Assembly (NCBI RefSeq): GCF_048403405.1
Contig: NZ_CP183129.1
Direction: 5' to 3' (one strand)
Length of the DNA: 64,000 bases
DNA from: Escherichia coli
Lineage (GTDB): Bacteria; Pseudomonadota; Gammaproteobacteria; Enterobacterales; Enterobacteriaceae
The notes under the pieces were generated by a model that did not search any database, had not been told where the DNA came from, and saw only the letters and a program-made list of their open reading frames with translations. A program made the translations under genes and the position numbers. This document shows, in pieces, positions 40,751 through 57,644 of the stretch. How positions within the stretch are numbered: the stretch's first letter is position 1; every line of letters starts with the position of its first letter.

Positions 40751-42648
<1,898 letters not shown>

Positions 42649-42649
<1 letters not shown>

Positions 42650-43284
42650 TGTATCAGCCTGATTTTCCTCCTGTACCCTTTCATTTAGGACTGTACCCGG
42701 TGGTGGACAGCGTACAGTGGATCGAACGTCTGTTGGATGCAGGCGTGCTTACTCTCCAGCTACGCATCAAAGATCGGCGCGATGAAGAGGCGGAAGCCGA
42801 TGTCGTGGCGGCAATTGCGCTGGGCCGCCGCTATAACGCGCGATTGTTTATCAACGATTACTGGCGGCTGGCGATCAAGCATCAGGCATATGGCGTCCAT
42901 CTGGGGCAGGAAGATTTGCAAGCCACCGATCTCAGCGCCATCCGCGCGGCAGGCCTGCGGCTGGGCGTTTCGACACATGATGATATGGAAATCGACGTCG
43001 CGCTGGCAGCACGTCCTTCTTATATCGCGCTGGGACATGTGTTCCCGACGCAAACCAAACAGATGCCTTCTGCACCGCAGGGGCTGGAACAGCTGGCACG
43101 GCATGTTGAGCGCCTGGCGGATTATCCCACCGTGGCGATTGGCGGTATCAGTCTGCCGCGCGCGCCAGCGGTAATGGCGACGGGTGTCGGCAGTATCGCC
43201 GTTGTCAGCGCCATTACTCAAGCCGCAGACTGGCGTTTGGCAACGGCACAGTTGCTGGAAATTGCAGGAGTTGGCGATGAATGA
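42649..43284 (+). CDS. thiE: Thiamine-phosphate synthase
   Basis: 211 aa from ATG 42649 ([11 protein letters not shown]...), overlapping thiC stop by 1 nt; track ORF starts one codon earlier at GTG. Confidence 0.9.
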
Positions 43285-44032
43285 CCGTGACTTTATGCGT
43301 TATAGCCGCCAAATCCTGCTCGACGATATCGCTCTTGACGGGCAGCAAAAACTGCTCGACAGCCAGGTGCTGATTATTGGTCTTGGCGGGCTGGGTACAC
43401 CTGCTGCGCTGTACCTGGCGGGCGCTGGCGTCGGGACGCTGGTACTGGCAGATGACGACGATGTGCACTTAAGCAATCTGCAACGACAAATCCTCTTTAC
43501 CACTGAAGATATCGATCGCCCGAAATCGCAGGTCAGCCAACAGCGACTGACACAGTTGAATCCCGACATTCAACTGACGGCACTACAACAACGGTTAACG
43601 GGTGAGGCGTTAAAAGATGCGGTAGCACGGGCCGATGTGGTGCTCGACTGTACCGACAATATGGCGACTCGTCAGGAGATTAATACCGCCTGCGTGGCAC
43701 TCAACACGCCGCTTATCACCGCCAGCGCGGTCGGATTTGGCGGTCAGTTGATGGTACTGACGCCGCCCTGGGAGCAGGGGTGTTACCGCTGCCTGTGGCC
43801 AGATAACCAGGAGCCTGAACGCAACTGCCGCACGGCGGGCGTGGTTGGCCCGGTGGTCGGGGTTATGGGCACTTTGCAGGCCCTGGAAGCCATTAAGTTA
43901 TTAAGCGGTATAGAGACGCCTGCGGGAGAACTCCGACTGTTCGACGGTAAGTCGAGCCAGTGGCGCAGCCTGGCGCTGCGCCGCGCCAGTGGTTGCCCAG
44001 TATGCGGAGGAAGCAATGCAGATCCTGTTTAA
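43277..44032 (+). CDS. thiF: ThiS adenylyltransferase
   Basis: 251 aa from ATG 43277 ([40 protein letters not shown]...), E1-like with C-terminal CxxC; track ORF extended upstream. Confidence 0.9.
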   Translation: MNDRDFMRYSRQILLDDIALDGQQKLLDSQVLIIGLGGLGTPAALYLAGAGVGTLVLADDDDVHLSNLQRQILFTTEDIDRPKSQVSQQRLTQLNPDIQLTALQQRLTGEALKDAVARADVVLDCTDNMATRQEINTACVALNTPLITASAVGFGGQLMVLTPPWEQGCYRCLWPDNQEPERNCRTAGVVGPVVGVMGTLQALEAIKLLSGIETPAGELRLFDGKSSQWRSLALRRASGCPVCGGSNADPV

Positions 44033-44216
44033 CGATCAACCGATGCAGTGCGCCGCCGGGCAAACGGTTCACGAACTACTGGAGCAACTCGACCAACGAC
44101 AAGCGGGCGCGGCTCTGGCGATTAATCAGCAAATCGTCCCGCGTGAGCAGTGGGCGCAACATATCGTGCAGGATGGCGACCAGATCCTGCTTTTTCAGGT
44201 TATTGCAGGGGGTTGA
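44016..44216 (+). CDS. thiS: Sulfur carrier protein ThiS
   Basis: 66 aa [25 protein letters not shown]...QVIAGG ending in Gly-Gly; start overlaps thiF 3' end. Confidence 0.9.
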   Translation: MQILFNDQPMQCAAGQTVHELLEQLDQRQAGAALAINQQIVPREQWAQHIVQDGDQILLFQVIAGG

Positions 44217-44217
44217 G

Positions 44218-44988
44218 ATGTTACGTATTGCGGACAAAACGTTTGATTCACATCTGTTTACCGGCACCGGGAAATTCGCCTCATCACAACTGATGGTGGA
44301 GTCTATTCGCGCTTCCGGCAGCCAACTGGTGACGCTGGCGATGAAACGTGTCGACTTGCGCCAGCACAACGACGCTATCCTCGAACCGCTTATCGCGGCG
44401 GGTGTGACCCTGCTACCGAATACATCCGGGGCGAAAACAGCGGAAGAAGCCATTTTCGCCGCCCATCTGGCTCGTGAAGCGTTAGGCACAAACTGGTTAA
44501 AATTAGAGATTCACCCTGACGCCCGCTGGCTGTTGCCCGATCCCATCGAAACTCTGAAAGCCGCCGAAACGCTGGTACAACAGGGATTTGTCGTGCTGCC
44601 TTACTGCGGGGCCGATCCGGTATTGTGTAAACGTCTGGAAGAAGTCGGCTGTGCAGCGGTGATGCCGCTCGGCGCGCCGATTGGCTCGAATCAGGGACTG
44701 GAAACCCGTGCCATGCTGGAGATTATTATCCAGCAAGCCACGGTTCCGGTGGTTGTCGATGCTGGCATCGGCGTTCCCAGCCATGCCGCGCAGGCGCTGG
44801 AAATGGGGGCCGACGCGGTGTTAGTGAATACGGCGATTGCCGTCGCGGACGATCCCGTCAACATGGCGAAGGCATTTCGTCTGGCAGTAAAAGCAGGCCT
44901 GCTGGCTCGTCAGTCCGGACCGGGCAGCCGCAGTCATTTTGCTCATGCCACCAGCCCGCTGACTGGATTTCTGGAGGCATCGGCATGA
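44218..44988 (+). CDS. thiG: Thiazole synthase
   Basis: 256 aa from ATG 44218 ([44 protein letters not shown]...), immediately after thiS stop. Confidence 0.92.
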   Translation: MLRIADKTFDSHLFTGTGKFASSQLMVESIRASGSQLVTLAMKRVDLRQHNDAILEPLIAAGVTLLPNTSGAKTAEEAIFAAHLAREALGTNWLKLEIHPDARWLLPDPIETLKAAETLVQQGFVVLPYCGADPVLCKRLEEVGCAAVMPLGAPIGSNQGLETRAMLEIIIQQATVPVVVDAGIGVPSHAAQALEMGADAVLVNTAIAVADDPVNMAKAFRLAVKAGLLARQSGPGSRSHFAHATSPLTGFLEASA

Positions 44989-46118
44989 AAACCTTCAGCG
45001 ATCGCTGGCGACAACTGGACTGGGACGACATCCGCCTGCGTATCAACGGCAAAACGGCTGCTGACGTAGAGCGGGCGCTAAATGCCTCGCAACTCACCCG
45101 CGACGATATGATGGCGCTGTTATCGCCAGCCGCCAGTGGCTATCTGGAACCACTGGCCCAACGGGCGCAGCGTCTGACCCGTCAACGATTTGGCAACACT
45201 GTTAGCTTCTACGTCCCGCTTTATCTTTCCAATCTTTGCGCTAACGACTGCACGTACTGCGGATTCTCTATGAGCAACCGCATCAAGCGCAAAACGCTGG
45301 ATGAAGCGGATATTGCCAGGGAAAGCGCCGCTATACGGGAGATGGGCTTTGAACATCTGCTTTTAGTCACTGGTGAACATCAGGCGAAAGTGGGGATGGA
45401 TTACTTTCGTCGTCATCTCCCTGCCCTGCGTGAACAGTTCTCTTCACTACAGATGGAAGTACAGCCGCTGGCGGAGACGGAATACGCCGAGTTAAAGCAA
45501 CTTGGTCTGGATGGCGTGATGGTTTATCAGGAGACATATCACGAGGCGACTTATGCCCGCCATCATCTGAAAGGCAAAAAACAGGACTTCTTCTGGCGGC
45601 TGGAAACGCCGGATCGGCTGGGCCGTGCGGGGATTGATAAGATAGGCCTCGGCGCGCTAATTGGCCTTTCCGACAGCTGGCGCGTTGACTGCTATATGGT
45701 TGCAGAACATTTGCTATGGCTGCAACAGCATTACTGGCAAAGCCGCTACTCTGTCTCCTTCCCACGCCTGCGTCCATGTACTGGCGGCATTGAGCCTGCG
45801 TCGATTATGGATGAACGCCAGTTAGTGCAAACCATCTGCGCCTTCCGGCTGCTTGCACCGGAGATTGAACTGTCACTCTCCACGCGGGAATCACCGTGGT
45901 TTCGCGATCGCGTGATTCCGCTGGCAATTAATAACGTCAGCGCTTTTTCGAAAACGCAGCCAGGTGGCTATGCCGACAATCACCCCGAGCTGGAACAGTT
46001 CTCACCGCACGACGATCGCAGACCGGAAGCGGTTGCTGCCGCGTTAACTGCTCAGGGTTTGCAGCCGGTATGGAAAGACTGGGACAGCTATCTGGGACGC
46101 GCCTCGCAAAGGCCATGA
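44985..46118 (+). CDS. thiH: 2-iminoacetate synthase (radical SAM tyrosine lyase)
   Basis: 377 aa with [10 protein letters not shown] radical-SAM motif; overlaps thiG stop by 4 bp. Confidence 0.92.
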   Translation: MKTFSDRWRQLDWDDIRLRINGKTAADVERALNASQLTRDDMMALLSPAASGYLEPLAQRAQRLTRQRFGNTVSFYVPLYLSNLCANDCTYCGFSMSNRIKRKTLDEADIARESAAIREMGFEHLLLVTGEHQAKVGMDYFRRHLPALREQFSSLQMEVQPLAETEYAELKQLGLDGVMVYQETYHEATYARHHLKGKKQDFFWRLETPDRLGRAGIDKIGLGALIGLSDSWRVDCYMVAEHLLWLQQHYWQSRYSVSFPRLRPCTGGIEPASIMDERQLVQTICAFRLLAPEIELSLSTRESPWFRDRVIPLAINNVSAFSKTQPGGYADNHPELEQFSPHDDRRPEAVAAALTAQGLQPVWKDWDSYLGRASQRP

Positions 46119-46310
46119 GACAGAATGTAAGAACGTAAATTTATTCCAAGCCGCTACGGAAGATGAAAAACGCAAGGTTGTTGAAAGCGTTGTGTTTTTT
46201 TATGGTAGTGCCGTCAGCAGGAATGTTGTCCAGGGCGAAAAGCTTCTTCCTCGTTTCGCCCTGCCTTTCTTAATATTTCCCGTGAAGACTTTGCCCTCTG
46301 AATAACTCCC

Positions 46311-46340
46311 ATAAAAAAACCCGCCGAAGCGGGTTTTTAC
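46311..46340. terminator. Bidirectional rho-independent terminator shared by rpoBC (minus) and thiCEFSGH (plus)
   Basis: AAAAAAACCCGCCGAAGCGGGTTTTTACG: GC hairpin flanked by A-run and T-run; 20 bp downstream of rpoC stop. Confidence 0.75.
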
Positions 46341-46359
46341 GTTATTTGCGGATTAACGA

Positions 46360-49300
46360 TTACTCGTTATCAGAACCGCCCAGACCTGCGTTCAGCAGTT
46401 CTGCCAGGCTGGCAGATGCGTCTTCTGCAGTCACCTGCGGTGCAGCCGGAGCTTCACCCGCAGCACGGCGACGCATACGATCCTGGTGGTACGCGTAACC
46501 GGTACCAGCCGGGATCAGACGACCCACGATAACGTTCTCTTTCAGGCCGCGCAGTTCGTCGCGTTTGCCCGCAACGGCTGCTTCGGTCAGCACGCGAGTG
46601 GTCTCCTGGAACGATGCCGCGGAGATGAAGGACTCGGTTGCCAGAGACGCTTTGGTGATACCCAGCAGATCGCGGGAGTAAGTTGCACCCACTTTGCCGT
46701 TCGCTTCCAGTTCGCGGTTTGCGATCTTGACGCGAGAGTATTCAACCTGTTCGCCTTCCAGGAAGTCGGAGCTGCCCGCGTTAACGATGGTAGCTTTACG
46801 CAGCATCTGACGAACGATAACTTCGATGTGTTTATCGTTAATCTTAACGCCCTGCAGACGGTATACGTCCTGTACTTCGTTAACGATGTAACGAGTAACA
46901 GCATGAACACCACGCAGACGCAGAATGTCGTGCGGCGCTTCCGGACCGTCGGAAATTACGTCACCACGTTCTACACGTTCACCTTCGAACACGTTGAGCT
47001 GACGCCATTTCGGAATCATCTCTTCGTACGGATCGCTACCGTCTACCGGGGTGATAACCAGACGACGTTTACCTTTGGTTTCTTTACCGAAGGAAACGAT
47101 ACCGCTGATTTCAGCCAGGATTGCCGGCTCTTTCGGACGACGTGCTTCGAACAGGTCCGCAACGCGCGGCAGACCACCGGTGATGTCCTTGGTACCGCCG
47201 GATTCCTGCGGAATACGCGCCAGGGTGTCACCAGAGCTGATCTGTACGCCATCTTCCAGCTGAACAATCGCTTTACCCGGCAGGAAGTACTGCGCTGGCA
47301 TATCGGTACCCGGGATCAGAACGTCGTTACCCTGAGCATCAACGATTTTCAGTGCCGGACGCAGATCTTTACCACCTGCGGTACGTTCTGCGGAATCCAG
47401 AACCACCAGCGAAGACAGACCGGTCAATTCGTCGGTCTGACGCGTAATGGTCTGACCGTCGATCATGTCAGTAAAGCGTACAAAACCGCTTACTTCGGTG
47501 ATAACCGGCATGGTGTGCGGGTCCCAGTTTGCAACGGTTTCGCCGCCAGCAACCTGTTCGCCATCGCCTTTCGCCAGTACCGCACCGTAAGGTACTTTGT
47601 AGCTTTCTTTGGTACGACCGAATTCGTCGATCAGTTTCAGTTCGGTGTTACGGGAAGTGATAACCAGTTTACCGCTGGAGTTCACAACCGACTTCACGTT
47701 GCTGAGCTTGATGCTACCTTTGTTTTTCACCTGGATGCTGGATTCAGCAGCCGCACGTGATGCCGCACCACCGATATGGAACGTACGCATGGTCAGCTGT
47801 GTACCCGGTTCACCGATGGACTGTGCCGCGATAACACCGATTGCTTCACCTTTATTGATGATGTGGCCACGCGCCAGGTCACGACCGTAGCAGTGCGCAC
47901 ATACACCAAAGTCGGTGTCACAAGATACAACAGAACGTACTTTAACCGCGTCGACAGAGTTCTCTTCCAGCAGGTCACACCACTGTTCGTGCAGCAGCGT
48001 GTTGCGCGGAACGAGGATATCAGCAGTACCCGGCTTCAGAACGTCTTCAGCAGTTACACGACCCAGTACGCGATCGCGCAGCGGCTCTTTAACGTCACCA
48101 CCTTCGATAACCGGAGTCATCATGATACCTTCATGAGTACCACAATCGTCTTCGGTAACCACCAGGTCCTGTGCCACGTCAACCAGACGACGAGTCAGGT
48201 AACCGGAGTTCGCAGTTTTCAGTGCGGTGTCCGCCAGACCTTTACGAGCACCGTGGGTGGAGATGAAGTACTGGAGTACGTTCAGACCTTCACGGAAGTT
48301 CGCGGTGATTGGCGTTTCGATGATGGAGCCATCCGGCTTCGCCATCAGACCACGCATACCAGCAAGCTGACGAATCTGTGCCGCAGAACCACGCGCACCG
48401 GAGTCGGCCATCATGTAGATGCTGTTGAAGGAAACCTGCTTCTCTTCCTGACCGTCACGGTTAATAACGGTTTCAGTTTGCAGGTTATCCATCATCGCTT
48501 TGGATACACGATCGTTCGCCGCAGCCCAGATATCGATAACTTTGTTATAGCGTTCGCCCGCAGTTACCAGACCAGACTGGAACTGCTCCTGAATTTCAGC
48601 AACTTCTGCTTCTGCCTCGGAGATGATTTCGTGTTTCTTCTCCGGGATGACCATGTCATCGATACCAACAGATGCACCAGAACGCGCTGCATAGGCGAAG
48701 CCGGTGTACATGATCTGGTCCGCAAAAATAACGGTCGGTTTCAGACCGAGAATGCGGTAGCAGGTGTTCAGCATTTTGGAGATTGCTTTTTTACCCAGCG
48801 CCTGGTTGACGATGGAGTAAGGCAGACCTTTCGGTACAATCATCCACAGAATGGCACGGCCAACAGTCGTGTCTTTCAGGCTGGTTTTCGCTACTAATTC
48901 ACCGTTAGCATCTTTTTCATACTCGGTGATACGCACTTTAACGCGCGCATGCAGAGAAGCCAGACCAGAGCGATACAGACGTTCTGCTTCTTTCGGGCCA
49001 GTCAGCACCATGCCTTCGCCTTTGGCGTTAACACAGTCACGGGTCATGTAGTACAGACCCAGTACAACGTCCTGAGACGGAACGATGATTGGTTCGCCGT
49101 TCGCCGGGGACAGGATGTTGTTGGTAGACATCATCAGCGCACGCGCTTCCAGCTGGGCTTCCAGCGTCAGCGGTACGTGAACTGCCATCTGGTCACCATC
49201 GAAGTCGGCGTTATATGCCGCACAAACCAGCGGGTGCAGCTGGATAGCTTTACCTTCGATCAGTACCGGTTCAAATGCCTGGATACCCAGGCGGTGCAGA

Positions 49301-50583
49301 GTCGGTGCACGGTTCAGCAGTACCGGGTGTTCGCGGATAACTTCGTCCAGGATATCCCAAACGACAGCTTCTTCGCGCTCAACCATTTTCTTCGCAGCTT
49401 TAATGGTGGTAGCAAGACCACGCAGTTCCAGCTTGCCGTAGATGAACGGTTTGAACAGCTCCAGTGCCATTTTCTTCGGCAGACCGCACTGATGCAGACG
49501 CAGGTATGGACCTACGGTGATTACAGAACGACCGGAGTAGTCAACACGCTTACCGAGCAGGTTCTGACGGAAACGACCCTGTTTACCTTTGATCATGTCG
49601 GCCAAAGATTTCAGAGGACGCTTGTTAGAGCCGGTGATCGCACGACCGCGACGACCGTTATCCAACAGGGCGTCAACCGCTTCCTGCAGCATACGTTTTT
49701 CGTTACGTACGATGATGTCCGGCGCAGCCAGATCCAGCAGACGTTTCAGACGGTTGTTACGGTTAATGACGCGACGATACAGATCGTTCAGGTCAGAAGT
49801 CGCGAAACGACCACCATCCAGCGGAACCAGCGGACGCAGATCTGGCGGCAGTACCGGCAGAACGGTCAGGATCATCCACTCTGGTTTGTTACCAGACTGA
49901 ACGAACGCTTCCAGCAGTTTGATACGCTTGGTCAGCTTTTTACGCTTGGTTTCGGAGTTGGTTTCGTTCAGCTCTTCACGCAGCTGCTCGCACTCTTGCT
50001 CCAGATCCATGCTCTTCAGCAGAGCCTGAATTGCTTCCGCACCCATCTTCGCGTCGAATTCGTCACCGAACTCTTCCAGCGCGTCCAGATACTGCTCTTC
50101 AGTCAGGATCTGCTGACGCTCCAGGTTGGTCATACCGCCTTCAATAACCACATAGGATTCAAAGTACAGTACGCGTTCGATATCGCGCAGCGGCATATCG
50201 AGCAGCAGGCCGATACGGGACGGCAGCGATTTCAGGAACCAGATGTGCGCAGTCGGGGAAGCCAGTTCGATGTGGCCCATACGCTCACGGCGTACTTTAG
50301 TCTGGGTCACTTCAACGCCGCACTTCTCACAGATGACGCCACGGTGTTTCAGGCGCTTGTACTTACCGCACAGGCACTCGTAATCTTTTACCGGCCCAAA
50401 GATACGGGCGCAGAAAAGGCCGTCACGTTCTGGTTTGAACGTACGGTAGTTGATGGTTTCCGGCTTTTTAACTTCACCGAAAGACCATGAACGGATCATG
50501 TCTGGCGAAGCCAGAGCAATTTTGATCGCATCAAACTCTTCGGTTTTAGTCTGCGCTTTCAGAAACTTTAATAAATCTTTCAC
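46360..50583 (-). CDS. rpoC: DNA-directed RNA polymerase subunit beta'
   Basis: 1407 aa, [80 protein letters not shown]...; NADFDGD active-site motif present. Confidence 0.98.
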
Positions 50584-50659
50584 GGATTTGCTCCCGTCGG
50601 AGTTAGCACAATCCGCTGCCGGGTTTTACCCCGACAGCAGTGACCTGTTTGAGCGAGAA

Positions 50660-53600
50660 TTACTCGTCTTCCAGTTCGATGTTGATACCCAGCGAACGAA
50701 TCTCTTTCAACAATACGTTGAAGGATTCTGGCATGCCCGGCTCCATCTGATGGTTGCCGTCCACGATGTTTTTATACATCTTAGTACGACCGTTCACGTC
50801 ATCAGACTTAACGGTGAGCATTTCCTGCAGGGTGTATGCTGCGCCGTATGCTTCCAGCGCCCACACTTCCATCTCCCCGAAACGCTGACCACCGAACTGT
50901 GCCTTACCACCCAGCGGCTGCTGAGTAACCAGGCTGTAAGAACCGGTGGAACGCGCGTGCATCTTGTCGTCGACCAGGTGGTTCAGTTTCAGCATGTACA
51001 TGTAACCAACGGTTACCGGACGCTCGAACTGTTCACCAGTGCGGCCGTCGTACAGGCGGATCTGACCAGAAGTCGGCAGGTCGCCAAGTTTCAGCAGCTC
51101 TTTAATTTCTGCTTCTTTCGCACCGTCGAAGACCGGCGTTGCGATTGGCATACCTTTGCGCAGGTTTTCAGCCAGACGCATAACTTCTTCATCGCTGAAG
51201 GTACTCAGGTCAACTTTCTGACGAACGTCAGCGCCCAGATCGTACGCACGCTGGATGAATTCGCGCAGTTTCGCGACTTCTTGCTGCTGTTTCAGCATGG
51301 CGTTGATCTTGTCGCCGATACCTTTCGCAGCCATACCCAGGTGGGTTTCGAGGATCTGACCGATGTTCATACGAGACGGTACGCCCAGCGGGTTCAGTAC
51401 GATGTCTACCGGCGTACCGTTTTCATCGTAAGGCATATCTTCGATCGGGTTGATCTTAGAAATTACACCCTTGTTACCGTGACGACCTGCCATCTTGTCA
51501 CCAGGCTGGATACGGCGTTTAACCGCCAGATATACCTTAACAATCTTCAGCACGCCCGGTGCCAGATCGTCGCCCTGGGTGATTTTGCGGCGTTTCGCTT
51601 CGAGTTTCTTCTCGAACTCGTGTTTCAGTTCGTCATACTGCTCAGCCAGCTGTTCCAGCTGATTTTGTTTCTCTTCGTCGGTCAGGCCCAGCTCCAGCCA
51701 GCGATCGCGCGGCAGTTTGTCGAGCTTCTCAGCTTCAACGCCACCGGCTACCAGCACAGCACGGATACGGCTGAACAGACCCGCTTCGAGGATCTGCAGT
51801 TCTTCAGACAGGTCTTTCTTCGCCTGTTTGAGCTGCATTTCTTCGATTTCCAGCGCACGTTTGTCTTTTTCTACGCCATCGCGAGTAAAGACCTGAACGT
51901 CGATAACCGTACCGGATACACCGTTTGGTACGCGCAGAGAAGAGTCTTTAACGTCAGACGCTTTCTCACCGAAGATCGCACGCAGCAGTTTTTCTTCTGG
52001 GGTCAGCTGGGTTTCACCTTTCGGCGTTACCTTACCAACCAGAATGTCGCCACCGGTTACTTCCGCACCAATGTAAACGATACCGGATTCATCCAGTTTG
52101 GAGAGCGCAGCTTCACCCACGTTCGGGATGTCAGCGGTGATCTCTTCTGGCCCCAGCTTGGTGTCACGGGACACACACGCCAGTTCCTGAATGTGGATGG
52201 TGGTGAAACGGTCTTCCTGAACAACACGCTCGGATACGAGGATGGAGTCTTCGAAGTTGTAACCATTCCACGGCATGAACGCTACGCGCATGTTCTGACC
52301 AAGCGCCAGTTCACCGAGGTCGGTGGACGGACCGTCTGCCAGCACGTCGCCACGTTCAACCGGTTCACCCAGAGACACACACGGCATCTGGTTGATACAG
52401 GTGTTCTGGTTAGAACGGGTGTATTTGGTCAGGTTGTAGATATCGATACCTGCTTCACCCGGATACATCTCGTCTTCGTTAACTTTGATAACGATACGGG
52501 AAGCATCCACGTACTGAACGACACCACCACGTTTAGCAACCGCAGTTACACCGGAGTCAACGGCAACAGCACGTTCCATACCCGTACCAACCAGCGGCTT
52601 ATCAGCACGCAGAGTCGGAACGGCCTGACGTTGCATGTTCGCACCCATCAATGCACGGTTGGCGTCATCGTGTTCCAGGAACGGGATCAGGGACGCACCG
52701 ACGGATACCACCTGCTGGGTGGATACGTCCATGTAGTCAACCTGGTCACGGCTGAACAAGCTGGATTCGCCTTTGCTACGGCAGGTTACCAGGTCTTCTA
52801 CGAAGTGGCCTTCTTCATCCAGGTTGGAGTTCGCCTGGGCGATAACGTAGTTGCCTTCTTCGATAGCAGACAGGTAGTGAATTTCGTCAGTTACAACACC
52901 GTCGGTCACTTTACGATACGGAGTCTCAAGGAAGCCGTATTCGTTAGTCTGCGCGTATACAGACAGAGAGTTGATCAGACCGATGTTCGGACCTTCAGGG
53001 GTTTCGATTGGACATACGCGACCGTAGTGAGTCGGGTGTACGTCTCGTACTTCGAAGCCTGCACGTTCACGGGTCAGACCGCCTGGGCCGAGTGCGGAGA
53101 TACGACGTTTGTGCGTAATCTCAGACAGCGGGTTGTTCTGGTCCATAAACTGAGACAGCTGGCTGGAACCGAAGAACTCTTTCACTGCTGCAGAAATCGG
53201 CTTGGCGTTGATCATATCCTGAGGCATCAGGGTATCCAGATCGCCCAGAGACAGACGCTCTTTCACCGCACGCTCTACACGTACCAGGCCAACGCGGAAC
53301 TGGTTTTCCGCCATTTCGCCAACGGAACGGATACGACGGTTGCCGAGGTGGTCGATATCATCGACTTCGCCTTTACCGTTACGGATATCGATGAGCTTTT
53401 TCATAACATCAATGATGTCGTCTTTGCTCAGGATACCGGAACCTTCGATTTCTTCGCGCAGCAGAGAACGGTTGAACTTCATACGACCAACCGCAGACAA
53501 GTCATAACGGTCTTCGGAGAAGAACAGGTTCTCGAACAGGCTTTCAGCTGCTTCACGAGTCGGCGGCTCGCCAGGGCGCATCATGCGGTAGATTTCTACC

Positions 53601-54688
53601 AGTGCGCTCAGACGGTCGTTAGTTGGGTCGACACGTAAGGTTTCAGAGATATATGGGCCGTGATCCAGATCGTTGGTGAACAGCGTTTCGATACGCTTGT
53701 GACCAGACTGGCTCAGCTTAGCCAGCAGATCCAGGCTCAGCTCCATGTTCGCAGCACAGATCAGCTCGCCGGTAGACTCATCAATATAGTCTTTAGCAAC
53801 CACTTTACCTGCGATGTACTCAACCGGGACTTCGATCAGTTTGACGTCGTCTTTTTCCAGCTGGCGAATGTGGCGCGCAGTGATACGGCGGCCTTTTTCT
53901 ACGTACACTTTACCGTTAGCTTCGATGTCAAAAGATGCGGTTTCACCACGCAGGCGTTCCGGCACCAGTTCCATCTGCAGCTTGTTATCACGGATTTCAA
54001 AGATAACTTTTTCAAAGAACAGGTCGAGGATCTGCTCTGTGGTGTAGTTCAGGGCGCGCAGAATGATGGTCGCAGGCAGTTTACGGCGACGGTCGATACG
54101 TACGAACAGGTTGTCCTTCGGATCGAATTCGAAGTCCAGCCAGGAACCACGGTAAGGGATGATGCGCGCGTTATACAGCACTTTACCCGAAGAGTGGGTT
54201 TTACCTTTGTCGGAGTCAAAGAAGACGCCCGGACTACGGTGCAGCTGGGAAACGATAACACGCTCAGTACCGTTGATAACAAAGGTACCGTTGTCTGTCA
54301 TGAGCGGAATTTCGCCCATGTAGACTTCTTGTTCTTTAATGTCTTTTACGGTGCCTTCCGGCGCTTCGCGCTCATAGATCACCAGACGCAGTTTAACGCG
54401 CAGCGGTGCGGAATAGGTCACGCCACGGATTTGACATTCCTGGACGTCAAACACCGGTTCGCCAAGGCGGTAGCTGACGTATTGCAGCTCGGAATTACCG
54501 CTGTAGCTCTGAATCGGGAATACGGAACGGAAAGCAGCTTCCAGACCATACTGCCCTTCAGGATCTTGCTCGATAAATTTCTGAAACGAGTCAAGCTGGA
54601 TAGAAAGGAGATAAGGTACATCCAGAACTTGTGGACGTTTACCAAAATCCTTACGAATACGTTTTTTCTCGGTATAGGAGTAAACCAT
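50660..54688 (-). CDS. rpoB: DNA-directed RNA polymerase subunit beta
   Basis: 1342 aa from ATG 54688 ([38 protein letters not shown]...); track ORF has an 11-codon upstream extension. Confidence 0.98.
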
Positions 54689-54932
54689 AGGGTTCCTCAG
54701 CTCGCTGACAAGTCGACCCATCTGTCCATTGAGCGGACAGTTTGTGCAACACTATTTTGTTGACCGGAAAATGGAACACTTTCCGCAATGCCTGTTGCTA
54801 TCACGCTTAAACCATTTCATTGCGATTTACACAGAACGGACGTCCTGTCGCAGTATATTAAGTCGTCGATAGAAACAAGCATTGAAAGGCACAGCAGTAG
54901 TCAAACAGTGTGAAACGCTACTGGCGCCTTAC

Positions 54933-54968
54933 AGCGCAAAAAGGCTGGTGACTAAAAAGTCACCAGCC
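54933..54968 (-). terminator. rplL-rpoB intergenic transcriptional attenuator
   Basis: Minus-strand hairpin GGCTGGTGACTTTTTAGTCACCAGCC followed by TTTTTGCGC, about 40 bp downstream of the rplL stop. Confidence 0.7.
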
Positions 54969-55007
54969 ATCAGCCTGATTTCTCAGGCTGCAACCGGAAG
55001 GGTTGGC

Positions 55008-55373
<366 letters not shown>

Positions 55374-55439
55374 TTAAATTGTTCCTGAATATCAGAATAA
55401 GTTTATACGTAAGCGAATGCGTTAAAAAGATAACTGCGA

Positions 55440-55937
55440 TTAAGCAGCTTCTTTCGCATCGCGTACAGCAGCCAGAGTACGAACCAGTTTGCCAGCCGAA
55501 GCTTCTTTCATGGTTGCCATCAGGCGTGCAATTGCTTCTTCGTAGGTCGGCAGAGTTGCCAGGCGGTCGATCTGAGACGCCGGGATCAGCTCACCTTCAA
55601 AGGCAGCGGCTTTGACCTCAAATTTTGCATTCGCTTTCGCGAACTCTTTGAACAGACGAGCAGCAGCGCCCGGGTGTTCCATAGAGTATGCAATCAGGGT
55701 CGGACCAACAAACGCGTCTTTCAGGCACTCGAACGGAGTACCTTCAACAGCACGGCGCAGCAGGGTGTTACGAACAACACGCATGTATACGCCAGCTTCG
55801 CGACCTGCTTTACGCAGTTCAGTCATTTTATCTACAGTTACGCCACGGGAATCCGCAACTACTGCAGACAGCGCGCCTTTGGCTACTTCGCTGACTTCAG
55901 CAACAATCGCTTGTTTGTCTTGAAGATTTAAAGCCAT
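55440..55937 (-). CDS. rplJ: 50S ribosomal protein L10
   Basis: 165 aa, [59 protein letters not shown]... Confidence 0.98.
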
Positions 55938-56349
55938 TAGCTTTGCTCCTGGATGTTTGCCAGAGAAAATCTCTGGAACTCACTTCACTCCTCCAAACGG
56001 AGAGAGCGTCTTAATTACGGTGAGCAGAAACAAGCCAGAATATAAAAGAATAATCTTAGCGTTCTGTCACCGTCTACGCAGGGGATTAAGTTTCTTGCGA
56101 AACTCCTGCGGTCTTCGACGGAGGCCTGGATAGGCCAGGCTCCAACGAACAAATCTTTTCTATCCGTCGCTATTCAGCTTGTGGCGGCGTTGGCTTCCTT
56201 CGTTCGCACCAGTCACATAGTTAGCTATGCTCCTGGCGACTCACTCAGTTGCCGCCTTGCCACAACCCGAATATCTCGGACATACGTCTGCATTAAGCAT
56301 TATACGTGGGGGTAAGATTGTAGACAAAATCACCGCCCACGTAAAGGCA
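55938..56349 (-). promoter_or_regulatory. rplJ leader (rplJL promoter and L10-L12 translational feedback site)
   Basis: About 410-nt untranslated leader between rplA stop and rplJ start; function inferred from the known rplKAJL-rpoBC organisation, not from a motif. Confidence 0.5.
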
Positions 56350-57549
<1,200 letters not shown>

Positions 57550-57570
57550 TTACGGGCAAGGCCCATAAAA

Positions 57571-57606
57571 ACAAAAGGCGCGAAATTGTATTCCAATCTC
57601 GCGCCT
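57571..57606 (-). terminator. Rho-independent terminator downstream of nusG
   Basis: Minus-strand hairpin AAGGCGCGAGATTGGAATACAATTTCGCGCCTT followed by TTGTTTTT. Confidence 0.65.
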
Positions 57607-57644
57607 TGTGCAACGATTAAATCGCCGCTTTTTTGATCGCTGGG

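Noticed and set aside
46486-54763. Very long plus-strand ORFs (424, 373, 513, 1062 and 367 aa) antisense to rpoC and rpoB
   Set aside because: They lie entirely inside confidently identified rpoB/rpoC coding sequence on the opposite strand, with low-complexity translations and no RBS or domain signatures. Long antisense ORFs are a known artefact of stop-codon-poor reverse frames in highly expressed genes.
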